64,000 nucleotides of DNA. It comes from Narcine bancroftii. Its lineage: Eukaryota. The stretch is taken from contig NC_091480.1 of the NCBI RefSeq assembly GCF_036971445.1, forward strand, positions 66,030,001 through 66,094,000, in the 5' to 3' direction. The position numbers and the translations under genes are program-made. Each line of letters begins with the position of its first letter. Position 1 is the first letter of the stretch. The notes below the pieces were generated by a model. It saw only the letters and a program-made list of their open reading frames with translations, ran no database searches and had not been told where the DNA came from. Below, piece after piece: positions 1-10,584 of the stretch.

Positions 1-400
1 GCAGATGAACTGGACAAGCAGAGCAAGGAACGGCAGATGGGATTTCACTCGGAAAGTGCGAGGTGTTGCATTGAGGTGGATTAATTAATCCAGGGCAAGA
101 ATTACATGGTGAATGGAAGGTCGCTGGGGCGTGCTGCAGCACAAGGAGGCTTGGGACGACAGCCAGATATTTCCATGGAGGCAGTGACCCAAGAGGACAG
201 GGTAGCGAAGAAGGTGTTTTCCACGCTTGCCTTCTTTGGTTAGGGAAGTAAGTCCAGGTGCAGGGATGTCATGTTCCGACTCCACAGGACGTTGGGGAGA
301 CCAGAGCTGGAGTGTGGTGTGCAATTCTGGCCACCCAGCGATTGGAAAGATTGAATTGGAAATGGGTGCAGAACATTCATGAGAATGTTACTGGAGCTGG
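1..400 (+). mobile_element. Decayed CR1-type LINE fragment; repeated at ~15690-16190, ~28880-29380 and ~42075-42570
   Basis: Degenerate match to the CR1 RT C-terminal region (WQMEFN..KCEV.HFG-like), similar to the better preserved copy at 57385-57603. Confidence 0.55.
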
Positions 401-1503
401 CATGATAATGAGAGGATGGGTGGGCTGGGGCTTTCCCCTTGAAGTGCAGGGAACTTTTACAGTATAGTCTTACTATTCTAATATTTCAACTTCTATTCTA
501 ACTTATATTTATATCAATATGCTCCTTGGTCCTGGAGAAAAGCTATTTCGTCTTTACTGTGCGAACACGTGTTGAACGTTGATGAAGGTGACTTGACTTG
601 ACTTGACGAGAGGGGCAAGTGGAGGAGACGAGCTGAGGGGACTCTGCGGCCGAGGGACCAGGTCATGCGGCGGGCTGCTGGCGACCGAGGCGAGGAACCC
701 GCGGAAGGGAACGGCGATTCAAAGAGGTGCCGATGGCGCTGAAGGGTCCCTGACCATGTCGGAGATCTGGAGCTCGAAGTGCCAATGGCTTGGACTGGAT
801 TCTGTGTGGCTGCGGGGGCAGGGGAAGCGCCGGAAGCGAATCTAAGGGGATGGGGGGTGGGGTGGGGGTGATTCTCTCCCTATAACTGTAAGTCTGACTG
901 TAAGATCTATCAGAGGCGCTTTGGCAATTACTGCCGGTGGCGAATCTGTCTGCCTTGCAGCAAGCAAAAGGACATTTCATGTAATAGGACACTCTTTTAC
1001 CACCAGCATGATCAGTTGAAGCTAGAATCTTGAAAGATTTAAAGGGGACCTGTGGGGCACAGTTGTCATACAAAGGGTGGTGGGGAAATAGAAGGAGCGG
1101 CCAGAGACAGGAAAATTGTAAGGTGCACGAACGTCCATGGACAGGAAAGGTTTGAAGGCACATGGCTAAAGGCAGGTCAATGGGAGGAGATTGGAGTGTG
1201 CTGGGGACATCTGTAACCCAACCGCGGGGCTGGATGGGCTGAGAAGAATGGCCCCTTCCCCGTCTCTTCGTCGCCTCCAGCCCGACACGGCCGTGCAGCT
1301 CTGGGCAGTCAGGAGCCTGCTTTTCTGGAGCCCACACATTTCTGCTGACGCCAGCGTTGCCCGCAGCGCCAAGGGCGGTGAGCAGCGCAGGGGAACAGGT
1401 TGGAACTCACGGCAGAAGGTGGCGGCCGACTCCTCCTCCCTCTCTCCATTGCTCCAACCCCATCCTTGTCACCTGATAAGCCGACCAAGCCCTCTGTACA
1501 GCT

Positions 1504-1510
1504 CATAAAA
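1504..1510 (+). promoter_or_regulatory. TATA-like box (CATAAAA) of keratin copy 1; also at 17287, 30476 and 43671
   Basis: CATAAAA lies ~90 nt upstream of a Kozak-context ATG (ttcaccATG) and is conserved in all four copies. Confidence 0.6.
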
Positions 1511-1595
1511 GCAGCTCCAGCCTCTCTCGGCTGCACCGGGGACTTGCGATCGCCGGAGCAGCTTCGCCGCCACAGAGCCCACATCATCTTTCACC

Positions 1596-4500
1596 ATGTC
1601 CTTAACAGGGATCAAGATAACAAGAAGCTCCTCCAGCAGATCAGGAGGACAACGAAGCTCCGGATTGGGACAATGGGGCGGGAGCCGCATGTCTTCCATA
1701 GGTGGAGGATTCAGATCGTCTGGAGGATACCAGGGTGCCGGGCGGGCTCAAAGTCTCATCCTGTCCAGTTCGAGAAGCTCGAGGTTGTCCCGCCCCTCCG
1801 GCATGGGGCTCGGTGTTGGTATGGGGCTCGGTGTTGGCATAGGGCTCGGTGTTGGCATGAAGACGGCTGTGGATCTGCACAGCCCCTTACCCAAAAATGA
1901 CCTCAGTCAGCAAGCCATTCGTCTCCAGGAGACGCAGCAGATCACTGGGCTCAACGACCGGTTTGCCTCTTTCATTGAGCAGGTCAGTGCACCAGCTCTC
2001 CCCCGTCGCGCATGTTGGGAAGCCGGGGTTGCGTGTGTCTGGCCAAATGGCGCCTCCTTTCCTTGCCGGCTCCCTGTCAATCTAACCGTGGGCTCGCTTC
2101 CCATCCGCAGGTTTGCGCGCTGGAACTGAAAAATACTGAACTGAAGACCAAACTGGATCTCCTGCAAAAGCAGGGAACTTCGACATCGAACATCGAGAAC
2201 ATGTTCCAAATGTACATCGCCAACCTCAAGAGGCAACTGGAAGCTCTGGGGCAGGAGAAAGCGAAGTTCGAGTCGGACCTTGTGCAAATGCAGGCGCTGG
2301 TTGAGGACTTTAAGGGCAAGTAAGTGCGTGTGAGGCATTCCCCATTTCATCTGTTCTCGTCCCGGACGCGCTCACGGGGTCAGAGACATGGAGCAGAAGC
2401 CGGCAGATTGCGGCAAGGTTCAATGCATGAGGCACCCCGCTCTCTCCCACTCGGACACTTGGTTCTGGTGCGGCGGAGCAACAGCAGCGAGTGGGCGTCT
2501 GGGGCTTCTCTATGGGACCGGCAAGTGCGCCAAGAGGAGAGGCGCAGGCGAAGCCGAGCTCTGGAACGCGAGGAGCCTCCCAGAACTCTGAAAGCCAGCG
2601 AGATGGACCGGGAGATTCAGGGCAAGGAGGGCGCGCTGGTCTGGGGCGCGGCAGGGCCGATACTTCCCACGGAGCAGGGAGGGAAGAGCACTCCCAATGA
2701 ACCGGGCAGCGTGCGAGGCGTCAGCACAAAGCAGCAGGGTCCCCTCGCAGCAACGGGACTCAATGCCTTCTTTGGAAGAGATTTTCCCTAAAGTCTAGAT
2801 TCCTTTCAGGTACGAGGATGAAATTAACAAGCGGACTGAAATGGAGAACGAGTTTGTCATCGTCAAGAAGGTGAGTATGACTGGCGAGCTGTCTGTCCAA
2901 TATGTCAAGCGCATTTCCGAGCGAGCTTTTCAAAGGCGTGGGTCACGAACATCTGTGGACACCGTGGTTGAAGTAAGCAACGACCTTTCACAGCCGTGTG
3001 TCCCTTTCCTCTTCAGGATGTCGATGAATCCTACATGAACAAGGTGGAACTGGAGGCGAGGCTGGAAGCCTTGACCGATGAACTCGAATTCCTCAAGAGT
3101 ATCTTTGACGAGGTAAACAGGCGACATGGTCCGGCAATTGGTCCCTTGCCGATCCTTTCAATCTCCTTTCAGTTCTTTTCCTTCCGCCTGTTATGAGTCC
3201 AGAGGAGCCCAAAGCCCAGCAGCAAAAGATATTCACCACGACAAGTAGTTACTTCAACAAAAGTTGTTTTAAATTCTCTTTAAACATGGAAACAGGATCA
3301 AACTTTAACGTATCACTATTAACTTAACGCCCCGACTTAAGCCCCTTTTCATTCTGAGCGCACGTGTAAGTAATGTGTGCGTAAATTTAAGAAATGTTCT
3401 TTGGAAAGGTAAATGTTTACCACCCAGGAAGGTCCTTGGAGGTTTGCAGAGAGACATGTGTTGTTCCAGGATTTGCACAATTCAGGTACCACCATTATTC
3501 ACCTCAATGTCTTTTTGATGAAACTTGCCCTATGTGGGTTCTCTAGATGATAACCTCTTTCTTTCTGGCCAGCACAGAGTTCCTTTCTGTTCTTCCTATT
3601 CCAAAAGAAACATCAGACAGATAGCACTTCCAGCCATCCGCCACACTGGAGCTTCTGTTTCAGTTTGAACAACCTTCTCCTGGCTGACATTGTTCAGTTT
3701 CTCCCTCTCTCTGAGATTCAGAACAGCCAGCCACATGTCCTTCTCTCTCTCTCTCTCTCTCTCTCACTTGCAAAAACCCCTCCTCCTTCTCCAGCAAACA
3801 ATAGGAGTTAATCTTCTGCTCCCATCTGTTGTTTTAGGTAAACAAACGTCTCAATGACCTTTGAGTGAGCCCTTTGCAGAGAGGTCAGAAGGCTTGCAAA
3901 AATGTCCAACATCATTTCAATTAGCACCTAATTGTGCAATGTGCATTGCATTCTGCATAGTTTCTGTAAAGCCACTGAATATGAATGCTTCAGAATTTCA
4001 AATAAGATCTGTTTTAAAATGTGTGTATGTATGTAACCTACTCTAATTCTACCAATTTATCTCCCCAAAACATCTCCAAATATTCCATCACACCACCCAC
4101 CTTTAGGAAATCCGCGAGCTACAGGCACAGATCCAGAACACTTCTGTCTGCGTGCAAGTGGACACTTCTCGTAAACTGGATATGAGTGGGATCATTGAAC
4201 AGATCAAGAATCAATATAAAATATTGGCAGATGCTAACCGCAAGGAGGCTGAACAATGGAAAATGATGAAGGTAAGCGTTCGCATCCAAGTCGCCAGGTC
4301 CCACCTGCACTGGCAGCTCTGACCTCTGTGTTGGAGGGGGAAACCTTTTGCTGACCAGTTCTCGATGTGTCCTTGCAGATGCAAGAGCTGAGCATGTCAG
4401 GTGGAGGTTTGGAAGCAGACATGCGGGCAATAAAAACAGAATGTAATGATCTGAATCAATCCATCCGGAGAATCAGCATGGACATCGAAAATCTTAAAGC

Positions 4501-6768
4501 CCAGGTAAGCCTCGGAGTGAAAGCATGCAGGATCTGGGTATCAACACCCGCAGTTTGGCAAAATACCCGCTTCTCCTCCCAGCCCAAAGCAAACGGCCAA
4601 GAGACGACTGAAATCTCCGATCAATTGGGTCGAATTCTGCCATTCCAGGACCCTCTCACTCCTTCCGGGGAAAGGCTTAGGATGCTGATCCATTCTCAGC
4701 CAATCTACAACACAGCACGCTCAGCATGGTCCTTCTCAAGGAGGGGGTTTGGGTGGGGTGTGGCAGGTGAGGCAGCGCTCCACGTACAAGTCATCATGTT
4801 AACCTTTGTGCCACTTAGCGTTTGAAACTGGAGGCTGATATCAGAGAAGCGGAAGAACGTGGGGAAATGTCTCTCAAAGGCAGTAAAAGCAGAATTCAAG
4901 AACTGCAAGACGCCATCCAGAAAGCCAAGCAAGAGATGACCAAGCAAGTCCAGGAACTCGAGAATCTGATGCAAGTCAAGCTGGGTCTGGATATGGAGAT
5001 TCTTGCCTACAGGAAGCTCCTAGAGGGAGAGGAAGCAAGGTAGGACATTGGGTAGTTCCACCTTCCATGTGTGACACCTCTACACCAATTCTGTTTTCTT
5101 GTTCCAAAGGAGCGTGGGTGCAGCAGCCACGTACCTTGTACCCATGTGCTCCGCGGTGTGCCCCATTTGAGGTTGTGGAGATCCCTGCCATGCTCAGAAA
5201 GATGACTGCTTTTTACTATCAGCACTCAGGCGTGAAGAATGAGCAGCTCGGGCAAGGGTCTGCAGGCTAGAAATCCCCACGGGGTTTCACCCAACCAAGT
5301 CAGTGTTCCTTCGAGACGGAAGCAATTTGTAAACCTGAGCAAAATATGCCTCGAAACGTCCTCGAAAGGCCTGTGGTAACACGAATATTTCTTCTCAACA
5401 GGATGGCCGAAGGGATAAGAACACTCAGCATCCAATCAGTGCAACAGCAAGGTAGGCAGACGTGTCAAGATTTTACCCAGAGAACACAGCTATATGCATT
5501 GCTTTAATGATACTTGTTCATGAGTGTTACCTCACTGGCCTTCATGGTCTCCTGGCCAAGAGATGGTGTGAACTGAACTCCTCGCTTTTCCCTTCACATC
5601 CACTGTCCTTTCCTCAGAAAGCTCACAGTTGACATCTCACCCCTAACTGAGACTCCACATCGCGGCCTTCTTCTGCGATCAGTCGTCGGATGGCACCCTG
5701 GCTCCCAGCCTGCTGCTTTAACGAGACTCCATGTGTCTGTCTCATGGGCAGCAATCCCTCCTCATCCTTACCCTACCCGTGTCTCTGCAACAATATACAC
5801 CGTTGCATTCACCTTCATTCTCCAGTGTTTCTTCTGCCTTCTCTCATTGGGACGGGATGCCCTCGCCCCTTTTGATGCCTGACTACCATTTGGTCAGCCG
5901 TTCATTCCCTCTAATGTCTGCTCTTCCTGTTCTGACATCAAGCCAAGGCATTCATCAGAGACATAGTAGCAAGGCCATCCACCTCCATCGTCACCTCCTT
6001 CCTATAATCTAACTCAGTCCCTAAGTCAGGCTGACCTATTCATTTGTGCTTTTCCCTCTTCCACATTGAACTGTTGTGCTCCTCTCTTGGAGCCCTGTCC
6101 CAATTCTTGTTGGTCCATTCATCTCCATCAAAGATCTCTTGTCCTCCTTGTAACTTATTCCAACTCCCACCACCCGCTTTGTTCCCTGATGTATATTTGT
6201 TCCGAACTTGGTAATGTCGCATCTTTCCGATCTCAGTGTCCAACTCTCTCCAGAGCCCTGTGACCGTCCTTACTTATCTCTGCACTCTACCGCCCTGTTA
6301 TCTCGGTGCCTTGACTGACGGATGCACCTCGAGCTCCCAAATGCTGACATTTCAGTGATCACCTTTCCAAATCTTACTTCATCTCGGGTTCCCTTTCCTT
6401 CTTTTCAAACACCGTCTCCCCGCCCGCCACCCACCCCCCACCCCCACCCCATGCTTTGATGTGTGCGGATGTAGCTTAGAGTGAAGCTTGTGTTCGATCG
6501 AGTCCTTTGGGGTGCATTGAAGTAGCAAAGTGTCTGCCTTGGTTGTTGCAGTTCTTTCCGAAATTGCAGCGTCCTCATTTCAATGGCCTTTCTCCCCCTT
6601 CTCTCCCCCACTGCAGCTGATTATGGGCAATTTAATCAATCGAGTAGCAAAATGTCGGGATTTCTCCAAGGGGCCGGTGAGATGGAAAGCTCTTCCATAC
6701 AACTCGGAACACCATTAATTACGAAATCGGTGCTGCAATCCAAAAGCCAAGTGCAGAGCACATTTTAA
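1596..6768 (+). CDS. Type II keratin (K8-like family), array copy 1; 9 exons, 488 aa
   Basis: Exons 1596-1982, 2111-2319, 2810-2870, 3017-3112, 4107-4271, 4379-4504, 4819-5039, 5402-5451, 6617-6768. All introns are GT-AG and the exons join in frame (1467 nt). Internal exon sizes 209/61/96/165/126/221 match type II keratins. Motifs: [54 protein letters not shown], and a Ser/Gly-rich head. Confidence 0.93.
3189..4092. mobile_element. Solo-LTR-like element in keratin intron 4; also 18972-19875, 32161-33064 and 45338-46245
   Basis: Termini TGTTAT...ATCACA with flanks ccgcc/ccacc (possible decayed TSD). Clearly homologous to the TSD-flanked element at 47494-48556. Confidence 0.65.
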
Positions 6769-7125
6769 ATCACAAGGGAGAACCTCCTGTCCGCTCTGTC
6801 GCTCGTGGCTTCCTTGCCAGGCGCAGCAATTCTTCCTTGTGGTGTTTTTCGTGAAGTGGGTTCACTTGGTCACATTCCCTTTCTGCATGACCTTGGAATT
6901 CTGCTCAATGCACGCCGTTGTGCAACATGACATTAACTTCGATCTTAATGAGGGCAGAAATGATATTACATTAGTCTGCAGCTTGGGGTTGTGAGCAAAT
7001 TGGGGAAGTCATCTTTATTTGTTGGTCGTTGTAAAACAGAAACTGACCCCATGTTTTACATGCTGTATCTGCTCTCTGGTTCTCTCTCTTTCTGTATCGG
7101 GAATTTACCTTGTTCATCAACTTTG

Positions 7126-7131
7126 AATAAA
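7126..7131 (+). terminator. Polyadenylation signal of copy 1; also 22911-22916 and 36100-36105
   Basis: AATAAA ~360 nt after the stop codon, conserved in copies 1-3. Confidence 0.55.
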
Positions 7132-7629
7132 CTGGAATATTTCAATCTGCAACTCTGCATTTTACTTTGATCAAACACATGATGAAATGATCGAAAAGGG
7201 CAGGGTTCACATCTTCGTGTCAACATTGAATCATTCCATTAGTTCCTCTCAAGGAAAAAATAGAACAGATAGAAGTCTCAAATCAAAATCACGCCCGACC
7301 AAGTCGAGCTGCAACAGAAGGGCTCCCTCACCAGAGATAGGCCAGTTTATTATCTGAAAGTACATACATTGACACTGTTCACAATGCAGCTCGATTATCA
7401 TAAATACTGTGCAGCTCGTCAGTGGTGCAGTGAGATACGCACCGGGCCAGAACAATCCCAGTGGGTCCTGCACACAGAACCAGTCCAAATTGAATGAGGA
7501 AAGGACTCTTCATCTCCGGGCTATAAGGGCCTTGCAGGAAATGGCACGGGGACGAATCCAATGCGTTCTGCAATCTCTAATTTACCAGAATGACTGCAAA
7601 TTCTCCCACCGCTCCCTGAAATGGCGGGT

Positions 7630-8130
7630 AAAGAAGTGGTAAGGCATGCTTGCCCTTATTGTTCACTGGGTCTAAAATTTGGGAGGTCACGCTGTAGCTG
7701 TGTAGCAATATGCTGAGGCCACATTTGGAGAATGCTGTGAAGTTCTGGTCACTGCTGTCCAAGGACATTTTCGAGAGGGTGCAGGACATTTTCAGCCGGG
7801 ATTGCCTGCCTTCGAGAGTATGATCTCCAACGGGTTGGACACATTTGGATTGTTTTCATTTGAATGTTCGAGGCTGAGGGGCGTCCTGACAGCACCATAT
7901 CAAATCATAACGGTCATAGATAGGCGAGATGGTCAAAGCCTCCCCACCCCCACCCCCACCCCCACCGTGGCAAGGTCCAATATTAGAGAACGCAGCTGTC
8001 AGGTGAGACAGGGAAAGGTTAAAAGAGATGTGCGAGGCATGTTCTCCACACAACACACTGAAGAGCTTTGCTCCGGGAGGCGGTGGAAGCAGGTAGCTGC
8101 AGCATTTGAAATAGAAGTGAGGCAGGTACA
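7630..8130 (+). mobile_element. Decayed CR1-type LINE 3' fragment; also ~23430-23930 and ~36620-37120
   Basis: Translates to LRPHLENAVKFWS...GLFSFECSRLRG, resembling the CR1 ORF2 C-terminus (VRPHLEYCVQFWSP...LFSLE.RRLRG). Confidence 0.6.
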
Positions 8131-8737
8131 GGAATAGGACGAGATGGACAGAACAAGACCCACATGCAGGCAGGTGGGATGATTGGAAAATTGGCCCGAT
8201 GATTCCCACACACATCATGGGCTGAACAGCTTCTGCTAACTGGTCGATGTACGGAGATTTAGAAAATCCAGAACAGTGAAGCGTTCAAAATTAAAACGTA
8301 GAATTCAATATACACGATCACAAGAACACGTCATTGAAAACGCAAATGAAATGCTTCACTTGCTTTCAGTTACCCGGGCCCAGTGCCGGGTGCACCGTCT
8401 GTACAAACAGTCCCAATACCTGCTCACAGTTCGGGGACTCCCCCTGAGAGTCGGGCCTTTGTATTGGCCACATGGTGCCCAGGCAAAGACCTGCCCCCAG
8501 CCCACCACCCCATTGGGAAGCTGGATGTGCGCGGTTACTGGTGTGGGGCGAAAGTGGTTGGGATTCATTCCCTTCCCAACACAGGACTATCAAAACCCAC
8601 GGAGCAGGACAGTTCGCCGCAGAGTGACTGTTTTCAGTGCCGGCAGGGATCAGTGTCCGTGGTTTCCTTCAGTAGCATTCGAGTTGTTGGCTCTCTCGGC
8701 ATATTCATCAGCCCCGCGTCCAACTGACACTCAGTGC

Positions 8738-8882
8738 NNNNNNNNNNNNNNNNNNNNNNNNNNNNNNNNNNNNNNNNNNNNNNNNNNNNNNNNNNNNNNN
8801 NNNNNNNNNNNNNNNNNNNNNNNNNNNNNNNNNNNNNNNNNNNNNNNNNNNNNNNNNNNNNNNNNNNNNNNNNNNNNNNNNN
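8738..8882. other. Assembly gap (145 N) at a (GT)n microsatellite
   Basis: Run of N. The equivalent positions in units 2 and 3 contain long (GT)n tracts. Confidence 0.95.
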
Positions 8883-9078
8883 CCATATCTACTCTTCATG
8901 CCACCCTTTGCATATTACGCTGTCCGGGGGCTTAAAACCTACCGCATTCTTGGGGTCCCTTGCTTGGCCAGGTGAATTGCCCCCTGTCTGACCAAGGGTC
9001 CCTCCACCTGACCACGGATCATTCCTCCTCACCACATCCACACACTTGCGCGCACACACACACGCATTCACAGACGCC

Positions 9079-9110
<32 letters not shown>

Positions 9111-9239
9111 TTAGTTTTTCCAGTCCGTGTGTTCAATCCACCTTCTCAGAGCCCCTTTCCCAGCCAGGAGACTCGACGCCCCTCCACATCACCTCTCACT
9201 AAGGGTACACCACTGGATACACACAAACACCAAGGTGAC

Positions 9240-9960
9240 TGCACCCATGTGATGTGCTGGGCAGGGCTGTCCGTGAGGTACACAGGCCATTCTGTGATTA
9301 GCGGGCATTGCGATCACAGTCGGGATAGTGGTATGGTTGGGCTCATTGGTGAAGGTCAAATGGGCTTGAGGTCAGAGGTTAGTGTGGGGTCATTGGGGAA
9401 GTTCGTGCTTTGTGAGGTCACTGTCCAGGATTTGAACGATCTGTTGAGGGAGCTGACTGTGGTTTTAATTGATGGTTCTGATAGTTTTTCCTGATGGGAG
9501 CAGCTGGAAGATGTGAGGTGCATTGTGGTGGGGTCTTCCCTGATTTTGAGAGGCCGCTTTAAATACCCATCTCAGTAAATCACATTAATGGGAGTGTGCT
9601 CCCAGTAATCCTCGCTGCTGCTTTTATGGTCCAGTGGATTTACCTCTGCCCTGTCGCCACGTAGCAACTGTCCGGCCCTGTGATACAGCCGGCCTGGACA
9701 TACTCCATAGAGCTTCTGCAGGAAGTTGACATGATGGTGGGTGATAGTCTTTCCCGTTTAAGCCTTCTAAAGGAGTGCGGTCGCTGTCGCACCTTCCTGA
9801 CAAGTGAGGAGATATTGAGTACCCACGATAGGTCATGAGTCATCTGAGCTCCAAAAAACTTGGTGCTCTCCACTCTCGCCACTCTCAAGCTATTAACATG
9901 CAGTGGAGGCTGATCGTTCCTGGTCCTCCCGAAGGCCACAATCATCTCCTTTTTCTTGAT
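9240..9960 (-). mobile_element. Decayed Rex1/Babar-like LINE fragment; also ~26460-27180 and ~39650-40375
   Basis: VESTKFFGAQMTHDLSWVLNISSLVRKVRQRPHSFRRLK resembles the Rex/Babar motif V..FKFLG.HI..DLSW..N...LVKKAQQRLYFLRRL. Confidence 0.6.
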
Positions 9961-10584
9961 GTACGTTGACTTAATGGTAAGAGTGTGGCAGTGGGGTGTA
10001 ATGACTCAGATTAGAGGCCTGTGTCTAATGGTGCGCTGCAGGATTCAGCACTGGCCCCACTCTTGTCTCTTATCAATTTGAATGCCTTCTTTTCTTTGAA
10101 TATTTTATTTATTCAACATATATAATGTCAAGAAGTTAATATAATACCATAGTTACATAATAGTATCTTAACAAATATATGCTGAAACTATATAAAAAAC
10201 TAAAATATAAAATAAAAAAGACTAACTACTACAAATAAAAACCGTACACCTACTAATCCATTCACCTGAACTAATCTAATCCCTAAACTGAAATATATGC
10301 CATTTCATTATAAAATGATTACAAATATTTAATTCGGATTGTATCAGTTGACAATCAGAGACCTCAAAAACACCATAAAATTACACTTTCAGAGAAAACT
10401 TCACTGATCAGGAAAAATAAATTAATAAAATCATACTTTTAATTTCATTATTTTAGCATAGGGACCCCAAATTTTTTAAAACAAGAAAAGTTATTCCTTA
10501 AATTAGACGCAATTTTTTCTCATGGAATCTTTCTTTGGCTTGGCTTCGCGGACGAAGATTTATGGAGGGGGTAAAAAGTCCACG

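Noticed and set aside
663-1900. Overlapping ORFs upstream of the keratin start
   Set aside because: This is a GC-rich promoter region; the 224-aa ORF is frameshifted in unit 3 and has no protein features.
1983-2129. 177-aa single-exon ORF running past exon 1
   Set aside because: This is read-through into intron 1; the canonical phase-0 donor at 1982/1983 matches type II keratin structure.
5600-6340. Pyrimidine-rich intron 8 segment as an old LINE fragment or extra exon
   Set aside because: Too decayed to assign by eye, and exons 8 and 9 join in frame without it.
8276-8935. ~210-aa ORF repeated in each unit (also 25477 and 38666)
   Set aside because: It has a non-ATG start, runs into a (GT)n microsatellite or gap, and has no recognisable motif. 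Its recurrence only reflects the duplication.
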